The position numbers were made by a program, and so were the translations under genes. This document shows, piece by piece, positions 18,910 through 28,498 of a DNA stretch of 57,005 nucleotides (the first letter of the stretch is position 1; each line of letters opens with the position of its first letter). The stretch covers positions 1-57,005 of IMG/VR virus record IMGVR_UViG_3300000095_000003; one strand, given 5' to 3'. This DNA is from a virus. Its lineage: Duplodnaviria; Caudoviricetes. The notes beneath the pieces were generated by a model. It had not been told where the DNA came from. It was given only the letters and a program-made list of their open reading frames with translations, and searched no databases.

Positions 18910-19284
18910 TTAAAAAATACGAACTACAGCCCAGTTAGGAAACTCAGAATTCTTATTCTTTTGAAATGCTTCTTCATACTCGGCACTAACTGCACATCGA
19001 TAACTGCCTTGATTACCTGGGATTGTATAGGTGTAAAAAGAATATCCTAGTCCTATTAAATACTCTTCTAGTAGATCTTGTTTTTCCCATACTTCTTGCT
19101 GATATTGAAGTATTTTTCCTAATGCTGTTCTCTTATCTACAAAATCTAGAAAGTTTGTGATTAGTGAACCAATATCTTCATATCTTGCGTAGTAACCAAG
19201 TTTTTCACATTCTCCCTTATAACTAGATTCCTTGAGAGTAATAATCAATTCGTAACCTTCATGAGAAAATTTAGATTGTGACAT
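18910..19284 (-). CDS. HicB-like repeat + P.WAII domain protein
   Basis: HEGYELII...YKGEC...LITNFLDFVD; FPNWAVV. Confidence 0.55.
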   Translation of the reverse strand: MSQSKFSHEGYELIITLKESSYKGECEKLGYYARYEDIGSLITNFLDFVDKRTALGKILQYQQEVWEKQDLLEEYLIGLGYSFYTYTIPGNQGSYRCAVSAEYEEAFQKNKNSEFPNWAVVRIF

Positions 19285-19317
19285 AATACTCTCCTTAATT
19301 AATGTGTACTCTTTTCC

Positions 19318-19545
19318 CTAGTAAGAAAACCAATCCGCCCCTAACCGTAATCCACCTATTCTTAGAACAATGTGGAGATTAAAAAAGAATCGGTTTACAC
19401 TATCTCGTCCAATACTAATCCAATTTTCAGTACCACTACCCCGCCAGTATAAACAAGTAGAAGATTGAGATTCAGATTCAAAACCCCACCGAAGTTGATT
19501 ATCTTCTATGCTAAATGAGCCATTAGGACTAATTTGAATTTTCAT
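19318..19545 (-). CDS. hypothetical protein
   Basis: co-oriented ORF. Confidence 0.5.
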   Translation of the reverse strand: MKIQISPNGSFSIEDNQLRWGFESESQSSTCLYWRGSGTENWISIGRDSVNRFFFNLHIVLRIGGLRLGADWFSY

Positions 19546-19964
19546 GACATAACTCTAAATTTTAAATTGTTTCTCAGCAAATTGCTATATTGTCCTCTCG
19601 TTAACTCTACTGCTACCCCAATGTGAAATGTCTTAGGATTCTGATTTATTACCTCAGATAATAAGCCCTTAATCGCATCGTCATTCTTTCCTGCTATGAC
19701 ATTTAGTTTCCCATTAATCTTCACAGTCCAGAACTTAAATTTGGTGTTTTCGTATTCTTCTTGATATTGAAGCCAGAGTTCTTTCTTTAATCCAAAGGCT
19801 TGTTCTAACTTCTCAGCTATAGAAGGGGTGACGGGTTCTTCCTTGATTAATACATTAGAGACTTCAAAAGGTAGCTCACAGATTAGTAGTTCTCGACTTT
19901 CTACTTCTTTGAGAATGTGGTCAGATGGTGATATACTCATTTTTCCTCCTAAGCTATAAGTCAT
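19542..19964 (-). CDS. HigA/VapI-like HTH antitoxin domain fused to unknown C-terminus
   Basis: SPSDHILKE...VSNVL....PVTPSIAEKLEQAFGLKKELWLQYQEEY. Confidence 0.7.
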   Translation of the reverse strand: MTYSLGGKMSISPSDHILKEVESRELLICELPFEVSNVLIKEEPVTPSIAEKLEQAFGLKKELWLQYQEEYENTKFKFWTVKINGKLNVIAGKNDDAIKGLLSEVINQNPKTFHIGVAVELTRGQYSNLLRNNLKFRVMS

Positions 19965-19996
19965 CTGAGTTAGTCACCTCCCCAGAACTAGACAAT

Positions 19997-20332
19997 CTAG
20001 GTGCTAAGAATGTCTATTGTTTCTACAGCATTCTCCCAAGCTTCTTCTTCTGTTTCACCATATCCAAAAATATAAGCTACTTCTTCCCATTCACCTTCTT
20101 TATTGATTACATTTTCGTACTCTTCCATCTGTTCCCCATCTGTCAGATAGATAATTCCTAAAGAACCATTATCAGCAATGTGTTTAATCTCAGGAAAATC
20201 TTTCTTGACTATTACAAAACTGCATTCCTTACCAATCGTGTCGTGTGACCAACCAAAATCTGCCCAATCTCCAGTAGTATGACCTGAGCGACATTCGTAA
20301 CCTTGGTCAATTAATTGAGATTTAGTGTCCAT
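19997..20332 (-). CDS. hypothetical acidic protein
   Basis: AGGAGA RBS. Confidence 0.6.
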   Translation of the reverse strand: MDTKSQLIDQGYECRSGHTTGDWADFGWSHDTIGKECSFVIVKKDFPEIKHIADNGSLGIIYLTDGEQMEEYENVINKEGEWEEVAYIFGYGETEEEAWENAVETIDILST

Positions 20333-20359
20333 GATATTCTCCTAAAGTTAAAGTGAAAT

Positions 20360-20405
20360 GTTCTACTTAGGACTTCAACCTAAGAGTGAGGCAAACTCAT
20401 AGAAC
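20360..20405 (-). ncRNA. three-way junction with T-loop arm (J1)
   Basis: GUUCUA-[UGAG UUUGC CUCA]-CU-[CUUAGG UUGAAGU CCUAAG]-UAGAAC. Confidence 0.55.
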
Positions 20406-20421
20406 TCCAGCAGACTAACTA

Positions 20422-20970
20422 CTATGAGAGATTACTATTCCACACTTCACTTATCTTTCCAAAAGAAAATAAAGGGTGTCCTCGTTCTTCTCTTATATAA
20501 AGTTGCCAATCTCCAAAAAATCCTAATAGAAGATCAAGACTCTCTATTTCTTTTTGTTTCATGAAATCTTTGATAAGTAAATCTTTTCTACCAAAATAAT
20601 CACCGCTTAAAGCTACCGCATCATCAAACTCAGGACTGATAAAAACTACTCTTAACTTCTTAGGTTGAATTACTGAATTAATTAACTCTTCAACAGTTGA
20701 GTAAATTTCTCCCCAGCTTTGATACTCAACATCTACATCATCTCTAATTTCCCAAATATTCTCTCCTCGTCTAGTAATTCCTAACTTAATCATTCTTCCT
20801 CTGAAATAATCAATATACAAACCATCTTCATCTAGTTCAATATCGTCCGTAGTTAGTGATATTCCTTTAAAATGTCTATCTTGATAAATACCCATTCCAA
20901 CTACTTTACTTGCTTTAATAGCGTTAAGAGTAATTTCTTTGACCTGTTGTTCTGTGGCTGTAAAGATCAT
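20422..20970 (-). CDS. hypothetical protein
   Basis: AGGAG RBS, 182 aa. Confidence 0.6.
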   Translation of the reverse strand: MIFTATEQQVKEITLNAIKASKVVGMGIYQDRHFKGISLTTDDIELDEDGLYIDYFRGRMIKLGITRRGENIWEIRDDVDVEYQSWGEIYSTVEELINSVIQPKKLRVVFISPEFDDAVALSGDYFGRKDLLIKDFMKQKEIESLDLLLGFFGDWQLYIREERGHPLFSFGKISEVWNSNLS

Positions 20971-20980
20971 ATTTTGACTC

Positions 20981-21202
20981 CTACTTAGATTCTTCTACTT
21001 GTGTACTTGAATATTGTGTGTTAGATACTCTTGCACCTCTAGCTGCTTCTCTAATATCTGATTCAGAAACATCATTAGAAACAAACACTTGACTATTTAT
21101 TGCAACTGAGTTTTCTAAATTGCTAGAGATTTTCTTAGCTATTTCATCTGTATCACAAAAAACTCTTAACTCAGATTTATTCGACATTTTCTTCATCCTC
21201 AA
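20981..21202 (-). CDS. hypothetical protein
   Basis: co-oriented ORF. Confidence 0.5.
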   Translation of the reverse strand: MRMKKMSNKSELRVFCDTDEIAKKISSNLENSVAINSQVFVSNDVSESDIREAARGARVSNTQYSSTQVEESK

Positions 21203-21653
21203 TAAAATATGGGTCTGTAAGTTCCGACCAGTTTATAACGGCATAATCAGGATATTTAGTATCTCTCCTTTTGTTGTAGTCTTTTTGATTTTCTCTCCAC
21301 TCATCTAAGACTTGAGAATAAACTGCGAATTCTGTTGGTACTCCTCTCCAGTTGTGACCCCACTCAAAAATATAACCTTCATTCTCTAGAAAATCTTTTA
21401 GAAGTGAGTAGAGAGACTCTAATGATTTTTTATTGTCTTTTATTTGAAGAATTTGATTCTCAATCTTAACTGAGATGGGTAATTTCGATTCTACTTCTTG
21501 CTCTAATTGTTTCTTTGCATCTAACTGAGTTTCAAGCCAATGTTTCCACTCCTCTACTAACTTGAAATCTCCTAGTCTCTCAATAACTCTAATATGTTCT
21601 CTTGTTCCTTCAATAGATTTGTTAAGCTTTGATAATCGTTCTTGAAAATCCAT
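21177..21653 (-). CDS. coiled-coil + P.WAII-family domain protein
   Basis: LKDFLENEGYIF...FAVY...YPDYAVI. Confidence 0.55.
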   Translation of the reverse strand: MDFQERLSKLNKSIEGTREHIRVIERLGDFKLVEEWKHWLETQLDAKKQLEQEVESKLPISVKIENQILQIKDNKKSLESLYSLLKDFLENEGYIFEWGHNWRGVPTEFAVYSQVLDEWRENQKDYNKRRDTKYPDYAVINWSELTDPYFIEDEENVE

Positions 21654-21665
21654 AGCTCTCTCTCC

Positions 21666-22076
21666 TTAAGACTCCGCTAAACGTTTGTACACTTCTTCTC
21701 TTTCTTTTTCTGAATCTAGATAACATTGATAGGCTGAATAGTCTTCTTTCCCTCTCCAATTAAAAGACCAATTTACAGGTAATTCCTCATAACTAAGGTT
21801 CAATAATTTTCTAATAGAGGTAGCACGATAATATTCGCAATCAACTTTAATATATAGACCATTATCTTCAAAATAATAATCTAACTCTTTTTCATAAGCT
21901 GCTCTATCAAAATGCTTAAAAACTTCTGCTGGATAATACGTTTTACCAAACATTTTTATAGGTAAAGCAAAATAACTATTTAAATGTCTATCAAACATTC
22001 CCTCCATATCTACTCTACTTATGGGTTTTAATCTTCTTTTTATTTCTATGCACTGAGATTGAGTGAGATTTAACAT
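21666..22076 (-). CDS. hypothetical protein
   Basis: co-oriented ORF. Confidence 0.6.
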   Translation of the reverse strand: MLNLTQSQCIEIKRRLKPISRVDMEGMFDRHLNSYFALPIKMFGKTYYPAEVFKHFDRAAYEKELDYYFEDNGLYIKVDCEYYRATSIRKLLNLSYEELPVNWSFNWRGKEDYSAYQCYLDSEKEREEVYKRLAES

Positions 22077-22085
22077 TTTTATCCC

Positions 22086-22127
22086 AAAAAAAATAAAAAA
22101 CTCCCCAGACCTAGGATCTAGAGAGTT
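22086..22127 (-). terminator. intrinsic terminator
   Basis: AACTCTCTAGAT/GTCTGGGGAGTT stem followed by long T run. Confidence 0.75.
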
Positions 22128-22151
22128 GATTAACTACTAAAAAGTGAAAAA

Positions 22152-22439
22152 TTAAGATTTGCTAGGTATTAAGTTTACTAATCTTAGAAAGAATCGATTA
22201 GCAAAGCCAGTAATATCTAACTGAAGTGTCTCTTCTAACTCTAAAGTACAATGAATAGCCTCATCAATCTGCTGCATAATACTCTCTAAATGTCCTTTGC
22301 TATCTAAAAGAACTAAAATCTCTAGTAACTCAGGATTATCTAGAGTTTCTCTTAATCTAGAAAATGTATCGTCAATGTTTTGATACCTTGAAAATTCATC
22401 AGCTAACAATTCGTAAGATTTTCGACGGATAATATACAT
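22152..22439 (-). CDS. hypothetical protein
   Basis: GGAGA RBS. Confidence 0.55.
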   Translation of the reverse strand: MYIIRRKSYELLADEFSRYQNIDDTFSRLRETLDNPELLEILVLLDSKGHLESIMQQIDEAIHCTLELEETLQLDITGFANRFFLRLVNLIPSKS

Positions 22440-22534
22440 GGTAATTCTCCAAAAAACTAAATTTACTCAAAAAACACACACAAAAAGCTAAAATCTTGTG
22501 CTTAACCTTGATTTTTTAGTCAAAATTTAGACAC

Positions 22535-22571
22535 AAAAAGCGCCCCTATCCCGGTTAAAGGATAAGAGCGC
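22535..22571 (-). terminator. intrinsic terminator
   Basis: GCGCTCTTATCC/GGATAGGGGCGC stem followed by TTTTT. Confidence 0.8.
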
Positions 22572-22614
22572 GACCGACTAGGAGGAAAAACAAGAGAAAT
22601 TGAGAACTAATTGT

Positions 22615-23400
22615 CTACTTCTTCTGTATTTCAGTGATTTCTGCGGGTTCTTCCGGGTTTTCGGATGGAGTTATGTCAACTACTACATTGGATTCCTGAT
22701 TTTCTACTTCTATTTCAGTATTTTGAGTCTCAAGAGTCTCATTTTCATCCTCTTTCGGGACAGGTAGAGTAAGATATTGTGGTGCATCTTCATAGAGACG
22801 CTTCATGTGTGGAGTCTCGCCGACAACTTGACCAATAAGAATCTTAAACACTGCTGCCACAGAATCCTTATCAACCATTAAATCGATGTTCTCTGCTAAT
22901 TCTCCCACTTTTTCCGCTGTTTTCGTTCTCACGTTTAGATAAGCAATGAACAAGAGAAGAAGTTTAACTAATTTTGGAGGATATACCATCTCCCGTGAGA
23001 GTTGATTGAGATACTTAGCGAAAGGTGTGCTATTAATCCAACCCTCAAAGAAAGTATAGAGCGAAGTAGACACGATGGGGATATTATTCGGGTTTGTCGG
23101 CTTGGCAACTAAATCGGAATCCTCAGTATAAGCAGGTGAAGGATTCCAGAGCATTATCTTAGCCGAGGTAAGTGAGAATTTAGCTACTTGACTGGTATTA
23201 TCCCATAACGTTAAATGTTCCCCTTCCGCATCATCATGCCAGCGGATAGAGATTTCGCGTTCTGCTGAACCCCGAATCGCAGTGTAAGTCTTCTCTCCCT
23301 TCTTGTTCTCTTTCTCAGTAGCCGGATTGTACTTGTAAGAGATTTTTTCGGTGCTTCTGTAGGCAAAAGTTGTATGACCGATTGCAGATAAATCTAACAT
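22615..23400 (-). CDS. hypothetical protein with acidic tail
   Basis: 261 aa ORF, AAGGA RBS. Confidence 0.65.
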   Translation of the reverse strand: MLDLSAIGHTTFAYRSTEKISYKYNPATEKENKKGEKTYTAIRGSAEREISIRWHDDAEGEHLTLWDNTSQVAKFSLTSAKIMLWNPSPAYTEDSDLVAKPTNPNNIPIVSTSLYTFFEGWINSTPFAKYLNQLSREMVYPPKLVKLLLLFIAYLNVRTKTAEKVGELAENIDLMVDKDSVAAVFKILIGQVVGETPHMKRLYEDAPQYLTLPVPKEDENETLETQNTEIEVENQESNVVVDITPSENPEEPAEITEIQKK

Positions 23401-23551
23401 TGTTTGATCCTTTGTGAGTGTTTGCGGTTTTCCTACTTAGGTGTAGGTTTGAGAGCCTAAATCACTTAATAGTTAGGTAGGATTTTATTCCCGTTATTAA
23501 GTTATTAGGGATGACTGAGACAACTTACCAGGTATATCCCAGCCGAGAAAA

Positions 23552-26500
23552 CTAAACTAAATCATTAGCTAAGCTCTTGATAGTGTCTAGCTCGTCATGT
23601 AAAGAAGTTAGATGCTTCTTGATGTCTCTATCTTTGCTATACTCTCTTAACCAATGGTAGAGCATTGAGTATAAGCTACCTTTCTCTGGGCTAACTCTAT
23701 CTCCAATTTCTTTCTGAAGTAGAGATTCAATCCCCGAAATCACTGTTTTACCTTTATCAGTTGGATGAGGTAGCCTAATATTATCTCGGATTACTGAGAT
23801 TAACTGAATCTTAATCCGATGTTCCCATCTTTCTATATCATTGGTGTAAATAGTCCAAGGTGTGAGGATGACACCATTAGAACATCGAAAACCAATAGAT
23901 AAACCAGAGAGTTGATAGAAAGTATCAATTAAGTCACCCCAGACAAGTGAGTCTAGCTGTGGGTTTCTATCCAATAGATTGTGAACATTTAACATCAATT
24001 TAGCAGGATTCTTTTTCCCTACTGACTGACCGCCGAGTATAACCTCTAAATCATCTTTCTGAGTCCACTTTTTCCAATTAGCGGTTATCTTCTCTAGTAA
24101 ATGAGTGCTGTCATGCTCAGAGTAAGGTTTTAAAGTTGTGAGGTCTATTACCTTCCCTAGATTGACTGCACTCTCAGAAGTGAAAGGGCGAATAAACTTG
24201 AGGAAGGTTTTCTTAATGGCAGAGTAACCATGACCCGTATCTATAAACCCTGCAACTTGAGTAACCTTTGTAGGAGTAGTGATTTTACCTTCACCTACTA
24301 AAGCAGATCTATTAGCAGTGATATATTTGTTAATCACTTTTCTAAGTTGAGATTCAGAAAAGTTAACTAACTCCATCTCATCTAAAGAACATCTTAAGAG
24401 AGCGCGAAACACCTCTTTGTTGTTGTGTTCGTTAAAAGCAGTTGTAATTGCTAATCGAGTCGGTACAATGCCGTAGTTTCTATCGTGCTTCTCTATCTCT
24501 CCTTTCTCATTCTTTTTCGAGTATCGTTGCTCTGTATTTGCAGGGTCTATAATATCTAAGTGATGCTCAGATACTACTTGACCTTTATGCTCTATTTCAA
24601 TGTAGATTCCTTTCCGTCTCTTGTCATAATAAACAGAAAGCTTACACCCAAAGTAATTGAAAGTTGACTCTAGATAATTTCTGATCTCACGGATATCTGG
24701 CTTTTTAATTCCAAAATACTCTCTGAGATTGTACGTTACCCGCCTAATCCAATTTAAAACACTCGGAAGATTGTGTCGAATCAATGCAGCGTCATTTGTG
24801 GATTGATTAGTCAGCTTATAAGTGTATTTCTGATCCTCCACTTCTTCCACCACTGACACCTTCGCTAACTCATAAAATCCGTAGTAAGGATTAGTAGAGC
24901 TAGTTAAAAATTGAGCTTGCTTAAGTCTTTCTTTGAGTTTATTCTTAGACTCTAGAAAGTTTTTAGGGTCAATCTTCTTCTCTGTTACTAATCCATCAAG
25001 TAGATTAGTCAACATTGAGATTAAAGACGTTCTAGGAATCCCGCCGTAAAATTCAGATGAGATGTTCTTGAGTCTCTGGATTTCTTTATGCAGATAAGAG
25101 ATACCAGATAATCGAGGGACGTTTCCTGCTATGTATCTTGCTAAGTGATAGCAGTAAGAGTCAGGTAGTTTAACAGGTAGAGCAGTTAGAGTGTACCCCG
25201 TAATTGATGGATTCAGCTTTAGAAGACATGGGACAGTACCAATCACATCATAGAACGTAGCAGAACCCGATACAACTTTCTCATTCTCTAACTTGATTGG
25301 CTTAGGAGTCTTTCTCTCAGTCTTTTCTACTCTCTTAACTTTCTTAGTAGTGTCAGGAGGGGGAGGAAGTACACGATTGAACGTTACGGCAGGATGGTAG
25401 AATGAGGACTCAATTCTCTCTGGTACTTCTGTAGCTTCATCATAAGGATGTTTAACCCCAAACTTGTCTACAAAATAAGAGCGCATCTTGGTTCTATAAA
25501 TGTGACGCTCAGGTGGGTCTTTAGGGTTCTCACATTCTAGAGTTTCGAGCTTTACTTGATTAATGGATTGACTCGGAAATATCTTTACTCCATCTACCTC
25601 AATTAAGGGACAAATCTCGTGTAAATCTTGCTCGTGAGTCTGTAGATCATTGTAATAGAGTAATTGACCGCCATCAAACAAAGCTATCCGTCGAGATTTC
25701 TGTTGATAAAAGTTGGTGTCAGTCTTCTCAATGTACTCTTGTACTAGATATGTTTGTCCGTCTATCTCTTCTTTGATTGGAGTTATAAGCCAGATATTAT
25801 CTAACTCCGGGATGGATACTCTCTTATTACGTTGGATGCTTCCCTTACCCCTTGGTCTGATCTCTGCTACTCCTTCAGATGCTTGACCTTTCTGCCTTAA
25901 CTGCTTTGAGACTTTTTTGACTTCTATTGTCTGATTGTGGTAGCTCTCCTTATTGACGATAGAGTTTTTGATTTTCTCTAACTTGCGGAATTCAGTAGGG
26001 TCTAGAGTAGCCTTGAGTTTATCGAAGAGAATGTCATCAATTCTAGAACACTTAAGCTCATCACACAGTGCTTTAGTTTCTCTCAATAGATAAGTATCAA
26101 GAGTTATATTTTCTGTAGTTTCTACATCTTGAACATACCAGACAATTGGAGGATTCAAGTAGAGCGTCAAAGCGTTATGTGGAGTGTTATCTAGTGCTAC
26201 TTTAAACTCTCTCAACTGTTCCGTTACAAACAGCCATCCAGTGAGTAAAGGAGTGATTTTAGACAGAGATACATCAAGACGTTTTTTGATTTGTCTACCT
26301 TCAGAATTTGGTAATGAGATGTATACTCCCATCGGCTCAGGAATGACAAGAGGTTCAGTGTCTTCTGCTACTGGTACAATCTCAAAAGTAGTTTTAGTTA
26401 CTTCTGAGATGTAAGCAGTGTCCAATTCACCTTCCTCTACAACTACTGATGACGATTCAATAATCTCTGGGATTTCTGAAGATTCGTTGATTTCTTTTGG

Positions 26501-26947
26501 AGATTCGGAGATTGATTCAACTTGCTCCAAGATTTCAGGCTCTAGAGTATTATCTTCTGCTACTTCGATGGTTTTTGTAGTATTCTCTAGAGGTTCTGCG
26601 GGTTCTGTTTTTTCCTCTATAGCTAGAGGCGATAATACCATTACTCCATATACCCAATTGTTAGATACAGAAGTAAAATGCAGAACAGAGTCTAAACTCA
26701 CAGAGAAGTTCTTAGCGTCGGGAAATCTATTGCAGATATTCTTTTGTATTGGATGAAGATAACCGATGATTTCGGGTTCTTCTCCACTAACTTTTACTGT
26801 GACTTCCTTATCCTCAGCTTGAATTGATGTAGTGAATTTGATGTAATGAACAGTTTGAGAAAATGCAGAAAGATTGAGACAAGAGACTAAATACTCAGCA
26901 CAAAGTTTCTTAGTCTTCACTAAGTTATTAGGTAACATGACGAACAC
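23552..26947 (-). CDS. large hypothetical protein (1131 aa)
   Basis: long uninterrupted ORF; no motif recognised. Confidence 0.7.
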   Translation of the reverse strand: MFVMLPNNLVKTKKLCAEYLVSCLNLSAFSQTVHYIKFTTSIQAEDKEVTVKVSGEEPEIIGYLHPIQKNICNRFPDAKNFSVSLDSVLHFTSVSNNWVYGVMVLSPLAIEEKTEPAEPLENTTKTIEVAEDNTLEPEILEQVESISESPKEINESSEIPEIIESSSVVVEEGELDTAYISEVTKTTFEIVPVAEDTEPLVIPEPMGVYISLPNSEGRQIKKRLDVSLSKITPLLTGWLFVTEQLREFKVALDNTPHNALTLYLNPPIVWYVQDVETTENITLDTYLLRETKALCDELKCSRIDDILFDKLKATLDPTEFRKLEKIKNSIVNKESYHNQTIEVKKVSKQLRQKGQASEGVAEIRPRGKGSIQRNKRVSIPELDNIWLITPIKEEIDGQTYLVQEYIEKTDTNFYQQKSRRIALFDGGQLLYYNDLQTHEQDLHEICPLIEVDGVKIFPSQSINQVKLETLECENPKDPPERHIYRTKMRSYFVDKFGVKHPYDEATEVPERIESSFYHPAVTFNRVLPPPPDTTKKVKRVEKTERKTPKPIKLENEKVVSGSATFYDVIGTVPCLLKLNPSITGYTLTALPVKLPDSYCYHLARYIAGNVPRLSGISYLHKEIQRLKNISSEFYGGIPRTSLISMLTNLLDGLVTEKKIDPKNFLESKNKLKERLKQAQFLTSSTNPYYGFYELAKVSVVEEVEDQKYTYKLTNQSTNDAALIRHNLPSVLNWIRRVTYNLREYFGIKKPDIREIRNYLESTFNYFGCKLSVYYDKRRKGIYIEIEHKGQVVSEHHLDIIDPANTEQRYSKKNEKGEIEKHDRNYGIVPTRLAITTAFNEHNNKEVFRALLRCSLDEMELVNFSESQLRKVINKYITANRSALVGEGKITTPTKVTQVAGFIDTGHGYSAIKKTFLKFIRPFTSESAVNLGKVIDLTTLKPYSEHDSTHLLEKITANWKKWTQKDDLEVILGGQSVGKKNPAKLMLNVHNLLDRNPQLDSLVWGDLIDTFYQLSGLSIGFRCSNGVILTPWTIYTNDIERWEHRIKIQLISVIRDNIRLPHPTDKGKTVISGIESLLQKEIGDRVSPEKGSLYSMLYHWLREYSKDRDIKKHLTSLHDELDTIKSLANDLV

Positions 26948-26964
26948 TCCTAGTTATTTAATGA

Positions 26965-27027
26965 ACAATGACTAACTAAGGCATTGCACCTTAGTAGCAG
27001 GCTTTATGAATTCACCTATTAGTTGTT
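26965..27027 (-). ncRNA. three-way junction with T-loop arm (J2)
   Basis: ACUAA-[UAGGU...GCCUG]-CUA-[CUAAGG UGCAAUG CCUUAG]-UUAGU. Confidence 0.5.
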
Positions 27028-27718
27028 AAGGCAGTAGAATCATTCGAGAATTTTTAACATCCCAGTAGTGGTCAATTAAAGTTTTAGAGTCGTGATTTTT
27101 AGCATAGTCACACTCATAATTACAGTAATCAGGTGTAAATTGTGGCTCTACTAATCCGGCGTCATACTCAACGAATCGAAAGTTGAAAGCATTAGGTAAC
27201 TCCTCTATTATGGTCTGCAAGTCCTTAAATGCAATTCGACAGACTACTTCGCTATCTCTGTGATATTTTCCCGTCTCCTTGATTACTCGGCGCATAAAAT
27301 TGTGTAATTGTACTTTATGCCCGTATTCATCCCACTTACATAGATTATTAGGGTCTATTAGATACCTAAAACCTACTCTCTTAATGGATGGAGTAGAGAA
27401 CCATATAAATGCTTTGTTCTTTTTGAATTCGTCAGTATACTCTCCAATTTGTCCCTGTATTTGCTTCCCAAACTCAATGATAGACCGCATATACTCACTA
27501 GCTTGTTCAGCACTCTTAAACTTAGTTAACTCTAGTTTTCTATGAGTCGTTTTAGGTTGAGCTAATAATACTTTCTTCGCTTGTTCGTAACACTCTGGAT
27601 TTTTTAACATCTCAATAGCTTTGTGTACTGAGCTTTTACCACCTAATACCACATCGTAAGACTTAAGTTGTTGAGATTGTCCGCCGAGAACTGCATCATA
27701 TTGTGTAGGTTGTAACAT
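27026..27718 (-). CDS. hypothetical protein with duplicated YD[AV]VLGG N-terminal motif (start moved to MLQP)
   Basis: QPTQYDAVLGGQSQQLKSYDVVLGG; track TTG start lies inside RNA motif copy B. Confidence 0.6.
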   Translation of the reverse strand: MLQPTQYDAVLGGQSQQLKSYDVVLGGKSSVHKAIEMLKNPECYEQAKKVLLAQPKTTHRKLELTKFKSAEQASEYMRSIIEFGKQIQGQIGEYTDEFKKNKAFIWFSTPSIKRVGFRYLIDPNNLCKWDEYGHKVQLHNFMRRVIKETGKYHRDSEVVCRIAFKDLQTIIEELPNAFNFRFVEYDAGLVEPQFTPDYCNYECDYAKNHDSKTLIDHYWDVKNSRMILLP

Positions 27719-27751
27719 TTGATTTCTCTGTGATTTAGTTAGTGGATAAGC

Positions 27752-27815
27752 GATACTCAATTTTATGGATGTCGAGTATCAAAGCCCTTACATAGCAACC
27801 AACTACATAAGAGCG
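27752..27815 (-). ncRNA. two-hairpin kissing-loop motif, copy B
   Basis: GCUCUUAUGUAG-UUGGUUG-CUAUGUAAGGGC-UUU-GAUACUCGA C AUCCAUAAA A UUGAGUAUC. Confidence 0.75.
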
Positions 27816-27826
27816 AGTAGATTAGT

Positions 27827-28075
27827 TTACTTTGATGTAGCTAACTTCTGTAACCAGGCTTCTTTAATTTGATTTTCTAGTCTCTCAAACTTATCAGCAG
27901 TAAGGTAGAGTTCTCCACTATGAGATTTAGTTAGAGAGTAGTTGACAGCCCCTAAATCAATAGCTAACTGATCTACCATGTCGAGATTAATACAATCTGG
28001 TAAATAGACGGCATAACGATTGTCAAAAGTTTTAGGATTATATACCATCTCAGAACGGATTTTTAGGTTATTCAT
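27827..28075 (-). CDS. hypothetical protein (start moved to MNNLK)
   Basis: AAGGAGAG RBS before ATG 28075. Confidence 0.6.
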   Translation of the reverse strand: MNNLKIRSEMVYNPKTFDNRYAVYLPDCINLDMVDQLAIDLGAVNYSLTKSHSGELYLTADKFERLENQIKEAWLQKLATSK

Positions 28076-28101
28076 GATTCTCTCTCCTTTGTGTGTACAT
28101 C

Positions 28102-28163
28102 TACCCAATTTTATCGGTATAGGGTATAAAGACCTCTGTACAGCAACGAACTATACAGAAGTG
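28102..28163 (-). ncRNA. two-hairpin kissing-loop motif, copy C (covariant loops)
   Basis: ACUUCUGUAUAG-UUCGUUG-CUGUACAGAGGU, hairpin 2 UACCC..ACCGAUAAA..GGGUA. Confidence 0.75.
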
Positions 28164-28169
28164 ATGAGA

Positions 28170-28397
28170 TTAGATTTCAGATATTGCTACTTTTGACCAT
28201 CTATGGATTTTAACCACTCGACAATCAGAGGGAATTTCAATCCCGTACTTTTTCCAGTGATTAGGTGATGTTCTTAAGTCAGCATCTCCCATCCATTCTG
28301 ATGAGGTAAAATCTCCTTCAACAGTCATTAAAAAATTATCCGCATTCCTAATCACTGCATAACAATCTTGCTCGTTATCTTTGTAAATTTCTTGCAT
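28170..28397 (-). CDS. hypothetical protein
   Basis: AGAGGA RBS. Confidence 0.6.
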   Translation of the reverse strand: MQEIYKDNEQDCYAVIRNADNFLMTVEGDFTSSEWMGDADLRTSPNHWKKYGIEIPSDCRVVKIHRWSKVAISEI

Positions 28398-28424
28398 GAG
28401 TTTTTCCTCTTGTGTACGTTAACA

Positions 28425-28487
28425 GATACCTAGCTTTAGGATGTAAGGTATCAATACCTCTAGAAGATAACCACAAATCTAGAGGTG
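28425..28487 (-). ncRNA. two-hairpin kissing-loop motif, copy D
   Basis: ACCUCUAGAUUU-GUGGUUA-UCUUCUAGAGGU, hairpin 2 GAUACCU..AUCCUAAA..AGGUAUC. Confidence 0.7.
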
Positions 28488-28498
28488 GAAAAAGTGTA

